Source of the DNA: Minisyncoccota bacterium
GTDB lineage: Bacteria; Patescibacteriota; Minisyncoccia; Phycocordibacterales; JABAAK01
Assembly (NCBI GenBank): GCA_965216295.1
Contig: OZ244141.1
Span: 225,819 to 289,818, forward strand
Length of the DNA stretch: 64,000 bases
Direction: 5' to 3'
A program made the position numbers and the translations under genes. Below are positions 11,630 to 22,388 of the stretch, one piece after another (position 1 is the first letter of the stretch; each line of letters starts with the position of its first letter). The notes under the pieces were generated by a model that saw only the letters and a list, made by a program, of their open reading frames with translations, was not told where the DNA came from and made no database searches.

Positions 11630-12559
11630 TCAAATACGCCCTCGATTGCCACGTCGTAGAGGAAGTAAGTGTTTTTTCACCCATTCCACACGTGTCCTCG
11701 TGTTACACGAACACCGCTCTCGACGATCAATATACTTGAGAATTTCTCTAGCATCATATTGAATTTTTTCCAGTGGTTCATTACTGACACAAGAGGGATA
11801 AGAATCAAGTTTTCGTAAATAAGTACTACTCACTCCAAAGGTAAAATCACAAGGAATCATTATGGTTTGAGATTCAATGTAACGCTCAAACATCCCAAAG
11901 GGCCTATCATTACTATCACGAAGTGAAGAATCAAGCTTTTTCAACTCATCTTCACGAATATCGCCAGAATGATATTGGAGAAATGCCTCTTTCCTTGCAT
12001 CCTTAGCCGCGAGTGCTGAGTAAGACAGAAATGAAAAGACGTGACGAGGCAGTTTCGTATAAGCAATGGGTGATTCCTCAAACCAAGCAATTAATGCGAC
12101 AGGGAAGTGAATAGTCCCATCCATCGCTCTTTTGCCTAATTTGAATGGCTGATAAGAGAAAACGCAATTAAAGTCCTTATTGCACTTACTACTCCCTTTA
12201 TTAGCAACATCATTCCATGCTAGTTGATCAATTTCTTCAAGTCCTTGATAGAAATCGTACAATTTCTTTGACATAGAAATCAAATCTTTCAGAACTTTTT
12301 TCATACGATCAGTATGAAACAGTTCGTTATCATCAGTAACGTTCTGAATGATAGAAGAGAATTTTGAAAAAGTGATGATGTGTTGAATCAAATCACTCCT
12401 TAAAACTACCTTATGACGTCTCGCGGCGAGTTTTTTATGAATAGGACCATCCTTCATAAGTAAATCGCTGGTATGAAGAAATGTATAAACATTACTCAAC
12501 CAACCATATACCAGTTCCTCACTTTTGCGTAAACGATTACTCGTTGTTTTATATTCCAT
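11630..12559 (-). CDS. Orphan protein
   Basis: 309 aa ORF, SD AGGAGG, upstream TTGATA-N17-TATACT (12636..12664). Confidence 0.75.
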   Translation of the reverse strand: MEYKTTSNRLRKSEELVYGWLSNVYTFLHTSDLLMKDGPIHKKLAARRHKVVLRSDLIQHIITFSKFSSIIQNVTDDNELFHTDRMKKVLKDLISMSKKLYDFYQGLEEIDQLAWNDVANKGSSKCNKDFNCVFSYQPFKLGKRAMDGTIHFPVALIAWFEESPIAYTKLPRHVFSFLSYSALAAKDARKEAFLQYHSGDIREDELKKLDSSLRDSNDRPFGMFERYIESQTIMIPCDFTFGVSSTYLRKLDSYPSCVSNEPLEKIQYDAREILKYIDRRERCSCNTRTRVEWVKKHLLPLRRGNRGRI

Positions 12560-12660
12560 ATAAACCTCCTATGGTGTGATGGGTGTAAAAAAACAAAAAC
12601 CCTAATATGTTTTACCATATCAGGGAATCGCAATCAGTATACAGGTACGTGTACTATATA

Positions 12661-14064
12661 TCAAATAGTATCTTTGTCTGGTTGTGGTGGTACAGCAATA
12701 CCGAGTTCTCGAAGTGTCTCTGGTGCAATGGTTCCTGGTGCACCAACGGTGAGATCTTTTGCTTCGCCAGTTTTGGGAAACGCAATCACCTCTCGGATAC
12801 TCTTTTCGTTTTGTAGTAGGGCAAGAAGTCGATCAATGCCAACAGCAATACCACCGTGTGGCGGTGCTCCATAGGTTAGTGCTTGTAGGAGATGAGAGAA
12901 CTGTGCGTCAATAGTTGCTTCAGAGAGACCGAGCAGTTCAAATACTTTCCTTTGCAAATCTGCTTGATGTATACGAATACTACCTCCTGCAACTTCATGG
13001 CCGTTGAGTACTAAGTCGTAGGCGCGTGAAGAGATTGCACGAGGGTTATCTGTGAGCTCTTTACTATCAGTGGTTTTTGGTTGTGTGAAAGGGTGGTGCA
13101 TAGAGGTTAAAGATCCATCTATTTCTTTAAAGAGAGGAAATTCGGTAATCCAACAAAAAGAGAGAAGGTCAGGGTTGTCTGTTTCTCGGAGGTCTGGCTT
13201 GTCACTTTGATAGGTCTCCATCGCTTCTTGATAGGATATGCGGGGAAAGGGTGTTTTTTGTATTTGTTTGGTAGGGAAGACGGTTTGTATCAGTTGAATG
13301 AGTGCTTCTTCAGTGAGTTGCATGATGGTTTCTTCGTCAGGGAATGCCATTTCAAGGTCAAGCTGGGTAAACTCTGGTTGTCGATCTTGCCGCTTATCCT
13401 CATCACGGAAGCAACGAGCAATTTGGAAGTACTTCTCAAAACCAGAAACCATCAGTAATTGCTTGTACTGCTGTGGTGACTGGGGGAGGACAAAGAAAGA
13501 ACCGTGATGAAGTCGTGCTGGAACAACAAACTCTCGTGCACCCTCTGGAGTTCCTTTGGTTAATAGCGGGGTTTCAATTTCTATAAATCCATCATTACTC
13601 AGGAGGTTTCGTAGAAACAAAATAGCCTCATGACGTTTGATGAGATTCTGTCGCATTCTCGTGGAGCGTAGATCAAGGTATCGGTGGGAGAGTCGTACCT
13701 CTTCGGCAACTTCTCTCGTATCAGTATTAATAGGGAACGGGAGAGTTTCTGATGGTGAGAGAACATCAATTGTCTCAGCGACTAATTCAATGGTGCCGAG
13801 TGGTTCTTGATCATTTTTCATTTTTTCCTCTCGCTGTTGCACAACGCCTGAAACAGTAATTGCTGATTCAAGTGAAATGGTAGAGAGGGTGGTTAAGCGT
13901 TCTTTTGTACAGACCACCTGAATGACACCGCTGGCATCCCGTACATCACAGAACCCTACCTGTTTGTGTAATCGTATTCGTGCAACCCATCCCCGTACAA
14001 CGACGTGTTGATTACATTGCTGAAGGCAGGTTGCAATAAGGCTTGGAGACATAGACGAGGACAT
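12661..14064 (-). CDS. aspS: Aspartyl-tRNA synthetase, GAD-less, probably non-discriminating
   Basis: OB fold, TPEGAREF, LPQSPQQYKQLLM, FRDED..DRQPEFTQLD, GAPPHGG. Confidence 0.97.
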   Translation of the reverse strand: MSSSMSPSLIATCLQQCNQHVVVRGWVARIRLHKQVGFCDVRDASGVIQVVCTKERLTTLSTISLESAITVSGVVQQREEKMKNDQEPLGTIELVAETIDVLSPSETLPFPINTDTREVAEEVRLSHRYLDLRSTRMRQNLIKRHEAILFLRNLLSNDGFIEIETPLLTKGTPEGAREFVVPARLHHGSFFVLPQSPQQYKQLLMVSGFEKYFQIARCFRDEDKRQDRQPEFTQLDLEMAFPDEETIMQLTEEALIQLIQTVFPTKQIQKTPFPRISYQEAMETYQSDKPDLRETDNPDLLSFCWITEFPLFKEIDGSLTSMHHPFTQPKTTDSKELTDNPRAISSRAYDLVLNGHEVAGGSIRIHQADLQRKVFELLGLSEATIDAQFSHLLQALTYGAPPHGGIAVGIDRLLALLQNEKSIREVIAFPKTGEAKDLTVGAPGTIAPETLRELGIAVPPQPDKDTI

Positions 14065-14089
14065 TGTAGCAGATAGGAGTGTTTCTCTG

Positions 14090-14884
14090 TTAGAGTACTA
14101 GTAGTAATAGCACTCCTGCGAGGATTATCTGGTAGAGCGCAAAAGGGAGCAGTCCCACTCGTTCAACAAAGGTCAAAAACAGATGTATCACAGAGAGAGC
14201 GATGAGGTAGGTGAGAGGAAATCCGAGTATTACGAAAAGAGAGTCAAAGACAATAGTTGTGTCAGGGATCATCACGAGAGAAACAACGAGGGCACCGAAG
14301 ATGGTAGGGATGGCAAGGAGAAAAGAAAAACGAGTTGCTTCTTTTCGTGAGAGTCCAACGAGGCACCCAGTTGCAATAGTTATACCAGAGCGTGAGACAC
14401 CAGGAAAGAGTGCAAACGCTTGGGAGATACCGATGATACTTGCTCTTGATGTGCTAAGTGTTTCCCCCCACGCTGTCATATTTTTTGACGATGTATACCT
14501 TTCAGCAATCAAAAACAGCATGCTAGTGAAAAGAAGAAAGAGTGCGAGTATTGTTGTACTGGTGATACCCGCAATGGTGCTGTAGAAGAGAAATCCCATA
14601 AGAGCGCCAGGGATGGTTGCGAGAAGTAAGAGAACGAGTTCTTGCCTCGATTGGGTATCACGGCGAGATACCAGTGCAACTGAGAAACGAAAAAGGTCTT
14701 TTGCAAAGTAGGTCACCAGAGCAAGGAGGGTAGCGGTGTGGAGGACAATGATAAACCAGAGTGCAGGAGGCTCTATCGTTAAAAACGATGGAATGATGAC
14801 GAGGTGTGCTGAACTCGAAATGGGGAGAAATTCAGTGATACCTTGAATGACACTCAAAAGGATGATGGTAGAGAAAACATCCAT
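14090..14884 (-). CDS. uppP: Undecaprenyl-diphosphatase
   Basis: QGITEFLPISSSAHL and PGVSRSGIT motifs. Confidence 0.96.
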   Translation of the reverse strand: MDVFSTIILLSVIQGITEFLPISSSAHLVIIPSFLTIEPPALWFIIVLHTATLLALVTYFAKDLFRFSVALVSRRDTQSRQELVLLLLATIPGALMGFLFYSTIAGITSTTILALFLLFTSMLFLIAERYTSSKNMTAWGETLSTSRASIIGISQAFALFPGVSRSGITIATGCLVGLSRKEATRFSFLLAIPTIFGALVVSLVMIPDTTIVFDSLFVILGFPLTYLIALSVIHLFLTFVERVGLLPFALYQIILAGVLLLLVL

Positions 14885-15004
14885 ACATGGTCAGTATACG
14901 TGTCTTTTGTTGGTTTGTGAGTGGGTATATGTGTTTTTACCCGAACGTTTTGATGGAATAGGGATTCTTGCTGTTTTTCAGTGCTCCATGCTATACTTTC
15001 AGGC

Positions 15005-16072
15005 ATGACATCAAGAAGCATTACGTTAGTAGTAATTGTTGTAGTTGTTGCAATTCTCCTTCTTGCCGTTCGATTTGGTAGTTATGATGCTACGACATCG
15101 GAAAAAGAGACAGGATCTTCTTACTTTATCGGTGGTGATCTCTATGCAGCCGATAGCGAACTCTTGAATTTCAATGAATTTGTGCAAGGTGACCTTTTTG
15201 CTGCAACAAGTGGCGATGTAGTGATTGCAGGTGGTGTATTGCATGATGTGAACGCCATTGCAAACGATGTAGTCATCAGCAGTAACGTTGGTGATGATAT
15301 TCGAGTTGTTGCCGATACGCTTACTATCTCCCAAGATGTGGTTGATTCAGTATTGTTTTTCGGTGAGACACTCATTTTAGAACCAGGATCAAGTGTGCGG
15401 GGTAATATTGTTGGGCTGGGTGACAGTCTTGTTGTAAAAGGAACTGTTCTTGGAGATATTACGTTTACTGGTAAATCAGTGACACTCACTGACACTGCCG
15501 TTGTTGTTGGATCACTCTACGCTGATGTTCCATCAGGAGACAAATTGCTTGTTGCACAAGGAGCACAGGTTGGGTATGTGAAGACGAAGGTTGTGACTGA
15601 GGATTCACCAGAAAAGAAAGGGGAATACCTTGATTTCATTTGGTACCTCGTGGCAGTGACACTCTTTGGACTTCTCCTTGGATTATTATTTGGTGGACGA
15701 TTTACCACCTACCGTGAGGTTCGTGACGAACCATTAAACTCATTTGCCATTGGTCTTTCCGCGATACTTCTGACCCTTCCTATTGTTATCCTTATGTACC
15801 TCTTATTTGGTAGTGTGGTAGGGACACTGGCACTGTTTCTCTATGGAGGACTGTTTGCGTTTGCCGCACTCGTCTTGCCACTCTTTATCGGTGAGATGAT
15901 ACAGCATGCGGTGAGAAGTAGTATCCTACCGTTCTATGGGTATACCGCAATTGCAGGTGCAATCATTGGTCTTTTGTTGTACAGCATCTACCTTTCAGTT
16001 CTCTTGCCTATCGCTATGATTTTTATCCTCGGTGTGGTAATCAAGAAGTGTTACTATCAGGTGAGGGAGTAG
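15005..16072 (+). CDS. Bactofilin-like beta-helix membrane protein
   Basis: N-terminal TM, repeated V.GD/V.GN beta-helix turns, multi-TM C-terminus. Confidence 0.7.
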   Translation: MTSRSITLVVIVVVVAILLLAVRFGSYDATTSEKETGSSYFIGGDLYAADSELLNFNEFVQGDLFAATSGDVVIAGGVLHDVNAIANDVVISSNVGDDIRVVADTLTISQDVVDSVLFFGETLILEPGSSVRGNIVGLGDSLVVKGTVLGDITFTGKSVTLTDTAVVVGSLYADVPSGDKLLVAQGAQVGYVKTKVVTEDSPEKKGEYLDFIWYLVAVTLFGLLLGLLFGGRFTTYREVRDEPLNSFAIGLSAILLTLPIVILMYLLFGSVVGTLALFLYGGLFAFAALVLPLFIGEMIQHAVRSSILPFYGYTAIAGAIIGLLLYSIYLSVLLPIAMIFILGVVIKKCYYQVRE

Positions 16073-16143
16073 CATACCAGCTGTTTGAAAGTTTTGGTTA
16101 AGGAATAATGGTATATTTTAGTATTTCTGCTATACTGGAGCAC

Positions 16144-16599
16144 ATGGTAAAGAAAAATATCTTTTTTGTTGGTATCGGTATTGTTGTGTTACTTGTGCTC
16201 GCACTAGTTGTCACACCATATGTACATTTTTCAGGGTCCATAGGACGTGTTAACCAGGCAATTGCTCTCTATGAAAAACTTGGGGTAGCATCTGCTTTTG
16301 CAGAACTAAATGACCCTACCAAATCATTAGATGGTGACAAATATGTCTTTGTCTTTAGGAAAAGTGATGGTGTTATCGTTGTGAATCCCGCGAGGAAAGA
16401 GTTTGTTGGACAGAGAGTGCAAGATTTAAACGATGATAGTGGTTACAACTATGGAAGAGAGATATATAACAGTGCGCAGGAGGGAGAAGAATCTGTTGAG
16501 TATAAAATCCTTAATCCTGTAACAAAGAAAGAGCAAGAAAAGAAATCTGTTATTACACTACATGATGGTTACTTCTTTGGTTCTGGAGTATATCAGTAA
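16144..16599 (+). CDS. Stand-alone single Cache-domain protein
   Basis: TM, then AFAELND..DGDKYVFV..VVNP..FVG..DL.D..G..VEYK..NP.T..EKKS..GSGVY. Confidence 0.8.
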   Translation: MVKKNIFFVGIGIVVLLVLALVVTPYVHFSGSIGRVNQAIALYEKLGVASAFAELNDPTKSLDGDKYVFVFRKSDGVIVVNPARKEFVGQRVQDLNDDSGYNYGREIYNSAQEGEESVEYKILNPVTKKEQEKKSVITLHDGYFFGSGVYQ

Positions 16600-16704
16600 A
16601 GGTATACAGTTCCGATATTTGATTTTAGATATATCACTCACTTTTAATACGACTGTGATACCTCTTTCTCAAAACACACGACAGATTATGTTACAACAAA
16701 CAAA

Positions 16705-18126
16705 ATGAAAACAACTAGGCAGTCATATACCAAAGGAATACGATCACGTGGAGGTTCTTCTAATACACGAAACCGTGGCAGTCATTCTCGTACAGATAGG
16801 TCTCCACGAAGAGATCATTCATCAAGAACAGGTGGTTCTTCTTTTTCAAGACCCGGGAGTCATCGTAGACGAGATGGTGGTGAGAGGAGAGGTTCTTTTT
16901 CAAGACAAGGTGGCGATAGTCGTCGTCGGGATGGTGAGCGTCGGTTTGGAGGAAACAGAGGTGGCAGTAGAGGGGGTGGTAGCAGAGGCAGAGGCGGTGG
17001 ACGAAAGATGCCAACGTTTAACCCGTCAGATTTTATCAATGAAACTCCTAAGAAGGTGAAAGGTGAGGAGAAGTGTATTATACAAAATACTTTTAAAACG
17101 TTTGGGCTGGATAGTCGGTTAGTAAAGACCATTGGCATGCTCAGGATGACGGTTCCCACACCAATACAAGATCAAATCATTCCTCATATTTTGGATAACA
17201 GAGATGTTATCGCGTTGGCTGAAACAGGAACAGGAAAGACAGCTGCTTTTTTGATACCGTTGATAGAAAAGACTATTAAAAATATAGAGCACAAGACACT
17301 GGTTCTTGTGCCGACTCGGGAATTGGCAATGCAGGTGAGTAAAGAGTTATTTGGTTTAACAAAAAACCTTCATATGCACTCCGTTGTGTGTGTTGGGGGT
17401 GTGGATATACGGCCTCAGATACGAGGTCTCTCACGTTCACACCAATTTGTTATCGCAACACCAGGACGAGCAATTGATCTTCTCAAAAAGAGGCACATTC
17501 ATCCGGAGAACTTTAAAACAGTGGTTCTCGATGAGGCGGATCGAATGCTTGATATGGGATTCATAGGAGATATGCGAACAATACTTGAGAAGACACCGAA
17601 AGATAGAGAGACACTCTTCTTCTCTGCGACTATGGTTCCTGCTGCGAAGAAGCTCTCTGATGATTTTTTGAATAATCCTGTCACCGTTTCTGTGAAACAG
17701 TGTGATGTGACAGAGAACATTGAACAGAGTGTTGTAACCTATAGTCATAATAGTAAGTTTGAAACCTTACTTGAGTTACTGTTAGATAGTGACGAGTTCA
17801 AGCGTGTGTTGGTATTTGGATCTATGAAACATAGTGTTCAAAAGCTAGCAGAGCAGTTGAATCATAATAATGTTCCTGCAGAGTCAATACATGGCAACAA
17901 GAGTCACGGTCATAGGCAACGGGCGTTGAAGAATTTTAAAGATGGAAAGGTGCGAGTTATCGTTGCTACCGATGTTGTTGCACGAGGTATTCATGTTGAT
18001 GCTATATCGCATGTCATTAACTATGATCTACCAAATACCTTTGAGGATTATGTGCATAGGATAGGGAGGACTGGTCGTGCGGATAGTCGGGGGAAGGCGA
18101 TAACGTTTGTTCCTGGGCGGGGGTAG
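16705..18126 (+). CDS. DEAD-box RNA helicase with RG-rich N-terminal extension
   Basis: PTPIQ, AETGTGKT, PTRELA, DEAD, SAT, HRIGRTGR motifs. Confidence 0.97.
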   Translation: MKTTRQSYTKGIRSRGGSSNTRNRGSHSRTDRSPRRDHSSRTGGSSFSRPGSHRRRDGGERRGSFSRQGGDSRRRDGERRFGGNRGGSRGGGSRGRGGGRKMPTFNPSDFINETPKKVKGEEKCIIQNTFKTFGLDSRLVKTIGMLRMTVPTPIQDQIIPHILDNRDVIALAETGTGKTAAFLIPLIEKTIKNIEHKTLVLVPTRELAMQVSKELFGLTKNLHMHSVVCVGGVDIRPQIRGLSRSHQFVIATPGRAIDLLKKRHIHPENFKTVVLDEADRMLDMGFIGDMRTILEKTPKDRETLFFSATMVPAAKKLSDDFLNNPVTVSVKQCDVTENIEQSVVTYSHNSKFETLLELLLDSDEFKRVLVFGSMKHSVQKLAEQLNHNNVPAESIHGNKSHGHRQRALKNFKDGKVRVIVATDVVARGIHVDAISHVINYDLPNTFEDYVHRIGRTGRADSRGKAITFVPGRG

Positions 18127-18138
18127 TTTTGAGGGTGT

Positions 18139-18492
18139 ATGGTGAAAATAAAAATGAACGCTAAAGATAGGAGAGAGATAGCGATTGCTGTAGGCGTGTT
18201 GGCATTGAGTTTGCCAGTGGGTATTGTATCAGGTGTATTTTCTAATTTATTTGTTATAATTATACAAAATTTGTCGGAGGAGGGGCAACTTGTTGCAATT
18301 TGGTTTTTTCTCTTCTTGTTTTTTGAGATTTTACTTCTTACCTTCTCTATAATTAAAATATTAATAAAAGGAGATGATGATGGAGAATTTGAAAGTAATC
18401 CTTTGAAAAATTTTTGGACCTGGAAGAAGCAATTTTATTCCATGTTTTTAACGATAGTTGCAGGACTAATATTTATGGGGATTAATAATTAA
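18139..18492 (+). CDS. Small 3-TM hypothetical protein
   Basis: 117 aa hydrophobic ORF. Confidence 0.65.
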   Translation: MVKIKMNAKDRREIAIAVGVLALSLPVGIVSGVFSNLFVIIIQNLSEEGQLVAIWFFLFLFFEILLLTFSIIKILIKGDDDGEFESNPLKNFWTWKKQFYSMFLTIVAGLIFMGINN

Positions 18493-18605
18493 ATTTCACT
18501 CTGTAACAAAATTAAAAACAATCCGTGGAGGTTAGATGGGGAAAGTGCGATAACGTTTGTTCTGGGGAGTAATTAAATTGCGTTACAGATGTGATATCTG
18601 TGTAA

Positions 18606-19190
18606 TCAACATTCACAAATAAAAACAACCTTACTCCTTATACACTTGTTTAAATTCTCTTTGATTTTTGCTTCATCATAGATTCGTGATGAATTAACTA
18701 TCATTAGGTGTATTTTTGTATGTTTGCAGAATTTTTTTAACCTATCATCTCTCTCTACAGCTTTTTGATATCTATGGCTTCTATCATTCAGTTCAATTAA
18801 AATCTTAATTGGGCATCCCTGCTCCCTAGAGAGGATAACAAAATCAATGTGTCTGCTACGTAGATATCCTCTGTAACGATTAAATTCTTTATCTCCTTTT
18901 TGGGCATTCCATATATCTTCCCATCTGACTTTAGATACAAGCTCATATTCTGGCTTTTCATTTATAATAGAATATAAGATCTTGTATAACTTATATTCGT
19001 TAGCGGTAAAAAAATAATCTTTAAGTGTTATTGGAATAGATTCGTGTTTTTGGATTGGAAAAACACCCTTAGATGGATCATACAAGGTTTCACTAGAATA
19101 ATTTATGGATTTATGTTTAAATAATATGCGTGTGAATACCCAAAATGCTACGGCAATCAGAATCCCAAAAAAGATAACATCTCCAATCAT
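18606..19190 (-). CDS. DUF2726 (Vsr-like endonuclease fold) protein with N-terminal TM
   Basis: FFTANE..KVRWED..HIDFVI..IELNDRSH..RD motif. Confidence 0.85.
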   Translation of the reverse strand: MIGDVIFFGILIAVAFWVFTRILFKHKSINYSSETLYDPSKGVFPIQKHESIPITLKDYFFTANEYKLYKILYSIINEKPEYELVSKVRWEDIWNAQKGDKEFNRYRGYLRSRHIDFVILSREQGCPIKILIELNDRSHRYQKAVERDDRLKKFCKHTKIHLMIVNSSRIYDEAKIKENLNKCIRSKVVFICEC

Positions 19191-19257
19191 ACTTACATTG
19201 TATCAAATATTATGTTTATAAGAATAAATCTAAGACTCTAAAATGGTAGAATGGGGC

Positions 19258-20049
19258 ATGAGTAATGGGGTGAATTTTTCTAATTTAGATAAATACAACT
19301 TGTGTTTACTTGACACTAACTTTATTAGTACCATTGTAAAGTCGCAACTTAACAAGAGTTCAGACATAAGAATAACTAGGGAATTATTAAAGCAACACAT
19401 AAAACCCGCTAATAATATAATATGCGTATCACCGACTACTATAAAAGAGTTGCGTAGAAATGATCAGATTTATTCTGAATTTAAAATATTTTTTGAAATA
19501 TTCCCATTTTGTATATTATATTCTTTTGATGAAATTATTAATCTGGAAAAAACAAGTAATAATATAACCAAAGAGGATTTAATCTTAACATCAATATCAC
19601 GTTTTAAGAATTATAATCTGTCAGATGTTCTTGATAATGAAAAAGTTATTAAAATACTTGAACAAACGAGAGAGTGGGATAAGTTAATTGCAAAAGATGA
19701 AATTGGATTTTACAGACAGAGCAAATTCATCACAAAAGATAAGTTGCTTAAAGACAGTATTAATAGAATTGCTCATCAGTACGGTATAGAGGTGGAGTGT
19801 ATTACTAGCGAGAGGTACCCAGCTAGACTTTTATTTATTCATAATCAAATTTTTCAATTTAAGAATTCTAATACATATGATGAAAAAATAGCGATTTCAA
19901 ATGCTAATGATCGAATTATTTGTGCTGCAACTCCTTATATGGATAAGGTTTTTATTGAAAATAGGCAAGCAGAATTTTTAAATCAAATGAAAAAACAAGG
20001 TATATTAAATCAAAAAATTGAGATTTATACTATGAGAGATATAAAGTAA
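19258..20049 (+). CDS. PIN-like domain protein
   Basis: LLDTNFIS, TIKEL, ND..I.AA.PY.D motifs. Confidence 0.6.
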   Translation: MSNGVNFSNLDKYNLCLLDTNFISTIVKSQLNKSSDIRITRELLKQHIKPANNIICVSPTTIKELRRNDQIYSEFKIFFEIFPFCILYSFDEIINLEKTSNNITKEDLILTSISRFKNYNLSDVLDNEKVIKILEQTREWDKLIAKDEIGFYRQSKFITKDKLLKDSINRIAHQYGIEVECITSERYPARLLFIHNQIFQFKNSNTYDEKIAISNANDRIICAATPYMDKVFIENRQAEFLNQMKKQGILNQKIEIYTMRDIK

Positions 20050-20218
20050 GATAATATACAGAGAAAATAGATTAAACATCTTAAAGCGTTTTTAAAGACG
20101 ATAACATTTGTTTGGTGGAGGGCATAGAATATCTTGGGGATGTTTAAGCAAAATTGTCATTATGTGTAGATTTTACCTCGTGGGTAATAATACCCATAAA
20201 ATGGTATAATCTCATGAC

Positions 20219-22378
20219 ATGAGAAATGGTAGTACTAATGAGAAAACTAATCTTACAGAAAACGAAAAGCGTGAAATCGTTGAGTATATAAAAGCAAATA
20301 AAGGTTTACCAGCAGAATACAGATTTAAATTATTTGGAGATAATAAGCAGGTTGAGCTGCTTTGGGGTGGTAAAACCAATCAGGTGACAAATACCGTTTT
20401 GCCTTTTCAATATATAGAACATATTGATGAACCTAGGACAGATACAACAGACAAAAATGTAGGACTGTTTGATACAAGCGGAAGACAGCAAAAAGGATGG
20501 GCCAATAAACTTATATGGGGAGATAATAAATTGATACTATCTTCTCTTGCTCGAGGACCAATGAGAGACGAGATAGAAAAAGCAGGAGGTATAAAACTTA
20601 TTTACATTGACCCACCTTTTGATGTGGGGGCAGATTTTAATACAAAGATTAAAATCGGAAATGACGAGGTTGTTAAAGAGGCAAGCGGTTTAGAGGAAAT
20701 GGCTTATAGAGACACTTGGGGTAAGGGGGCAGATAGTTTTATTTCAATGATTTATGAGCGATTATCTTTAATGAAGGATCTGCTTGCAGATGACGGTAGT
20801 ATTTACGTGCATTGCGACTGGAGGGTGAATAGTTATATGCGGTTGATAATGGATGAAATTTTTGGAAAAGATAATTTTCAAAGAGAGGTGATTTGGAGTA
20901 AGGGAAATTTATTTGGTTATGCAGCCGCAGTTGAACAAAACTTCATTCACTCACATGATGTTGTATTCTTTTTTACAAAAACAAAAAATTCTGTTTTTAA
21001 TAAAATATATGAGTCTTATTCGGATGAATATATAAAAAAAAGGTTTGTATATGACGATAATAATGATAAAGGTTTGTATCGAATACAAGGGAAAAATCAA
21101 AAACAATACCTTTTTGACTCAAAAGGTGTTCCAACCTCTGATGTTTGGAAAATTCCAATTGAGAACGTTATGTCTTCCAATCAAACCGGTTATCCTACTC
21201 AAAAACCAGAGAAACTTTTAGAAAGAATAATTAAAGCATCTTCTAATGAAGGCGATATCGTTTGTGATTTCTTCTGTGGTAGTGGAACAACGCTTGCGGT
21301 TGCTGAAAAATTGGGTAGAAAATGGATAGGATCTGATCTTGGAAAATTTGGTATACACACAACAAGAAAAAGACTGATAGGTGTTCAGCGAGAGAAAAAA
21401 GAGAAAGGCGAAAACTATAGAGCGTTTGAGGTTTTGAATCTTGGTAAATATGAAAGATACCATTATGTTGGTATCAACAGAGATGGGGATGAGATTAAAG
21501 ATAAAGCACTACAACAAAAAGAACAAGAATATCTAGAGTTGGTTTGCCAAGCATACAACGCAGAGTTTGTTTCTGGGTATGAGACAATTCATTTCAAAAA
21601 ACAGAATGCGTTTGTGTGTGTCGGTCCAATAGATTTACCTATAACAAGAGATTATGTTGAAGAAGTTATTAAAGAAGCAAAACAAAATAAAATAACAAAG
21701 GTTGAATTGTTGTCTTTTGAATTTGAGATGGGACTTTTCCCACAAGCTATAGAGGAGGCGAAGAAGAATGGCATAGATATTAAAGCAAAATATATACCTA
21801 AAGATGTTTTTGATAAAAGGGCAGTTGAAAGAAATCAAGTGAATTTTTATGAAGTAGCACACATTGTGGCAGAAGTCAGTAACAAAAAAGAAGAAATCAC
21901 TGTAGAGCTAAAAGACTTTGCTTGTTTTTATACTCAAGAAAAACTAGATGAAATATCTGAAAAGCTAAAAGATGGAGGATCAAAGATAACATTTGAAAAT
22001 GGAGAGATTATTAAGATAATAAAAGATGGTGATAAAATTAAAAAAGAGACGATAACTAAAAGTTGGAAAGATTGGATTGATTATTGGTCAGTTGATTTTG
22101 ATTTTGAAAGCAAGCCAGAAATTATCAAAGTTTGGAAAGAAGGTAAAGACATAACAGATGACGGCAAAATTAATTTTGAAAAAGAAGATTTAGTGATAGA
22201 GAAGAAAACTGGTAATTATATTTTTGAAAATGAATGGCAAAGTTTTAGAACAAATAAGAATAGGAATTTAGAATTTATAGCAAAGAAAAAAATAGATACA
22301 ATTAAAAAAAGCCACAAAGTTGCCGTAAAGGTTGTAGATATTTTTGGTAATGATACAATAAAAATACTTACATTGTAA
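20219..22378 (+). CDS. mod: Type III R-M methyltransferase (Mod)
   Basis: [26 protein letters not shown], adjacent to Res. Confidence 0.92.
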   Translation: MRNGSTNEKTNLTENEKREIVEYIKANKGLPAEYRFKLFGDNKQVELLWGGKTNQVTNTVLPFQYIEHIDEPRTDTTDKNVGLFDTSGRQQKGWANKLIWGDNKLILSSLARGPMRDEIEKAGGIKLIYIDPPFDVGADFNTKIKIGNDEVVKEASGLEEMAYRDTWGKGADSFISMIYERLSLMKDLLADDGSIYVHCDWRVNSYMRLIMDEIFGKDNFQREVIWSKGNLFGYAAAVEQNFIHSHDVVFFFTKTKNSVFNKIYESYSDEYIKKRFVYDDNNDKGLYRIQGKNQKQYLFDSKGVPTSDVWKIPIENVMSSNQTGYPTQKPEKLLERIIKASSNEGDIVCDFFCGSGTTLAVAEKLGRKWIGSDLGKFGIHTTRKRLIGVQREKKEKGENYRAFEVLNLGKYERYHYVGINRDGDEIKDKALQQKEQEYLELVCQAYNAEFVSGYETIHFKKQNAFVCVGPIDLPITRDYVEEVIKEAKQNKITKVELLSFEFEMGLFPQAIEEAKKNGIDIKAKYIPKDVFDKRAVERNQVNFYEVAHIVAEVSNKKEEITVELKDFACFYTQEKLDEISEKLKDGGSKITFENGEIIKIIKDGDKIKKETITKSWKDWIDYWSVDFDFESKPEIIKVWKEGKDITDDGKINFEKEDLVIEKKTGNYIFENEWQSFRTNKNRNLEFIAKKKIDTIKKSHKVAVKVVDIFGNDTIKILTL

Positions 22379-22388
22379 TAAAGATCTT

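Larger units (their letters stand above)
18097..20112 (+). repeat. Three copies of the helicase 3' end sequence (18097..18112, 18547..18562, 20099..20112)
   Basis: gcgataacgtttgttc is exact twice. The third copy, cgataacatttgtt, has one mismatch in 14. Confidence 0.75.
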
